From: Phoronis australis
Taxonomy: Eukaryota; Animalia; Phoronida
Length of the DNA: 64,000 bases
NCBI GenBank assembly: GCA_002633005.1
Contig: NMRA01000013.1
Location: forward strand, 329,506-393,505
Reading direction: 5' to 3'
Shown: in pieces, positions 62,622 through 64,000 of the stretch
How the letters are laid out: every line of letters starts with the position of its first letter
Numbering within the stretch: position 1 is the first letter of the stretch
Notes under the pieces: model-generated
Told to the model about the DNA's origin: nothing
Database searches by the model: none
Seen by the model: only the letters and a program-made list of their open reading frames with translations
Made by a program: the position numbers and the translations under genes

Positions 62622-62879
62622 CATGCGCGCACCCAGCCTAAAAATAGTTGCTCGAATTTTTGAGAATGTGGACCTTTTACTCGGATTCACAGGGTACGTT
62701 CAGAGTTATGAATTAGCTATTCGCCGAAATTTGGTAGTTCCTGACTTTTTAGTGGACTTTTTATCTCGTTTTCTATTCTTTTCGGATTTTGTGTTTCTCT
62801 GAAACGGACCTTTTTGGTCACTTCGCTAAATGGGAGGCTCGTTCGAGCCCCTTCAGCCCCCCCCCCGGGTGCGCACATG
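62622..62879 (-). mobile_element. CATGCGC-terminal MITE copy
   Basis: catgcgcgcaccc ... gggtgcgcacatg; inverted homolog of 42274-42531. Confidence 0.7.
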
Positions 62880-64000
62880 TTTTGTCATATTTCATGGATT
62901 CGATGACGTGACCCAGAGTGTAGAAATCAATACCTCGTAAGTCATATCAATCTCTTATTTCGATGCTAATTATTCAATGGTTATGTTCTGGGTAATTCGC
63001 TTCCTCTTGAATAAACTTCAGTCTTATTTGCTAATACTCAAAGTCTTCACACTAGCTTGCGTAAGTTTTTGCGTAAGATTTCGACTTCATGATTTCGGTG
63101 CAACACTAGATGCGCAACATTCATGACTTTTGGAAAAACTACATCAATAATTTTAGCTACGCGTCATGGTAGATTGGGTTCCAACCTATTAATTAATTTA
63201 GGTGAGATTACTAAAACAGAGTGGTTTGCTTTAGTTAAGATGTCGGTTACGTCAAACGTGAGACGTACAGTCACGTAGGTGTCATGTATTTAGTTAACCG
63301 TTTTTTTCGATTGCGAACACGGAAATCATTGCAAAAGGAAATATTTTGACAAACAACATGAAAACAAGATTGGCGACATCAAACGTATGAAGGTGAAAGT
63401 TGGTCTCAGGTTGTGCAGCTAACATGATATATAGCCTAAAGGATGAGACGGTCATTGCCAAGATCCTTGGCCATTAATTATATGCACTTCAGGTATCTTT
63501 TGCACGAACTTTTAACCTTAAGTACTTGATGCGCACATCAAAGTCGTTTGTGATTTATCTTCTTGTGACTCATTTTTCCATTTCCTACAATCGATGAAAA
63601 AACATAGCAAGGTGACACACTTAACAGTAAATCCTGACAAAAAGTGACACTGAACACGCAAGGTGACAAAGGTACAAAAGGTATCGCGTAGGTCGTCTTT
63701 CAAGTCATGTAGTTATTCATATGTTTAACGCCTATTTTTCATATTGGGTTACGTGTTTTAACACATTAAAATGTGTCGCCTTAATCGTGAAATATGTAAC
63801 TAGCAGCTGGAAACCTATAAAAGTGCTTGTTTAATGAAACTGTGTGTCGAGGCGAGTACATTAAAAGGTTGATGGAAATCAAGCCTGTTAAGTCATCTGT
63901 TTTGCTGCGTTTCGTATTTACAGGAGACTATAAGGTCACGTCAACTCTTCAAAATTGTAAGCCATGCATTCTGCGATGATAAAGCGCTTATAGTTTGCAG

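Overview
Intron-rich animal genomic DNA, probably a marine invertebrate (inferred from repeat types and mosaic CpG depletion), with three N-gaps. I rebuilt three complete genes by hand with phase-consistent GT-AG junctions: UFSP1-type UFM1 protease (+, 4 coding exons, 10866-17389, 223 aa), a GMC/glucose-dehydrogenase-like FAD oxidoreductase (-, 10 exons, 21353-31505, 603 aa) and thymidine phosphorylase (+, 8 exons, 37713-61771, 448 aa). A two-exon orphan NLS/coiled-coil ORF (5863-7853) lies upstream of UFSP1. Introns and intergenic DNA hold many non-autonomous elements: Helentron-type HINEs, CA...TG TIR elements with 5- or 6-bp TSDs, Harbinger- and P-like MITEs, and tRNA-derived SINEs. Main observations: a HINE whose ~451-bp tandem core carries nine co-oriented CTCF-consensus motifs at ~150-bp spacing, with an oppositely oriented copy ~29 kb away; a 3-residue deletion in a conserved thymidine phosphorylase active-site loop; an AUG-initiated, intron-containing UFSP1; and a sharp CpG-poor to CpG-rich switch near 32-33 kb. 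All family assignments are by eye; no searches were run.
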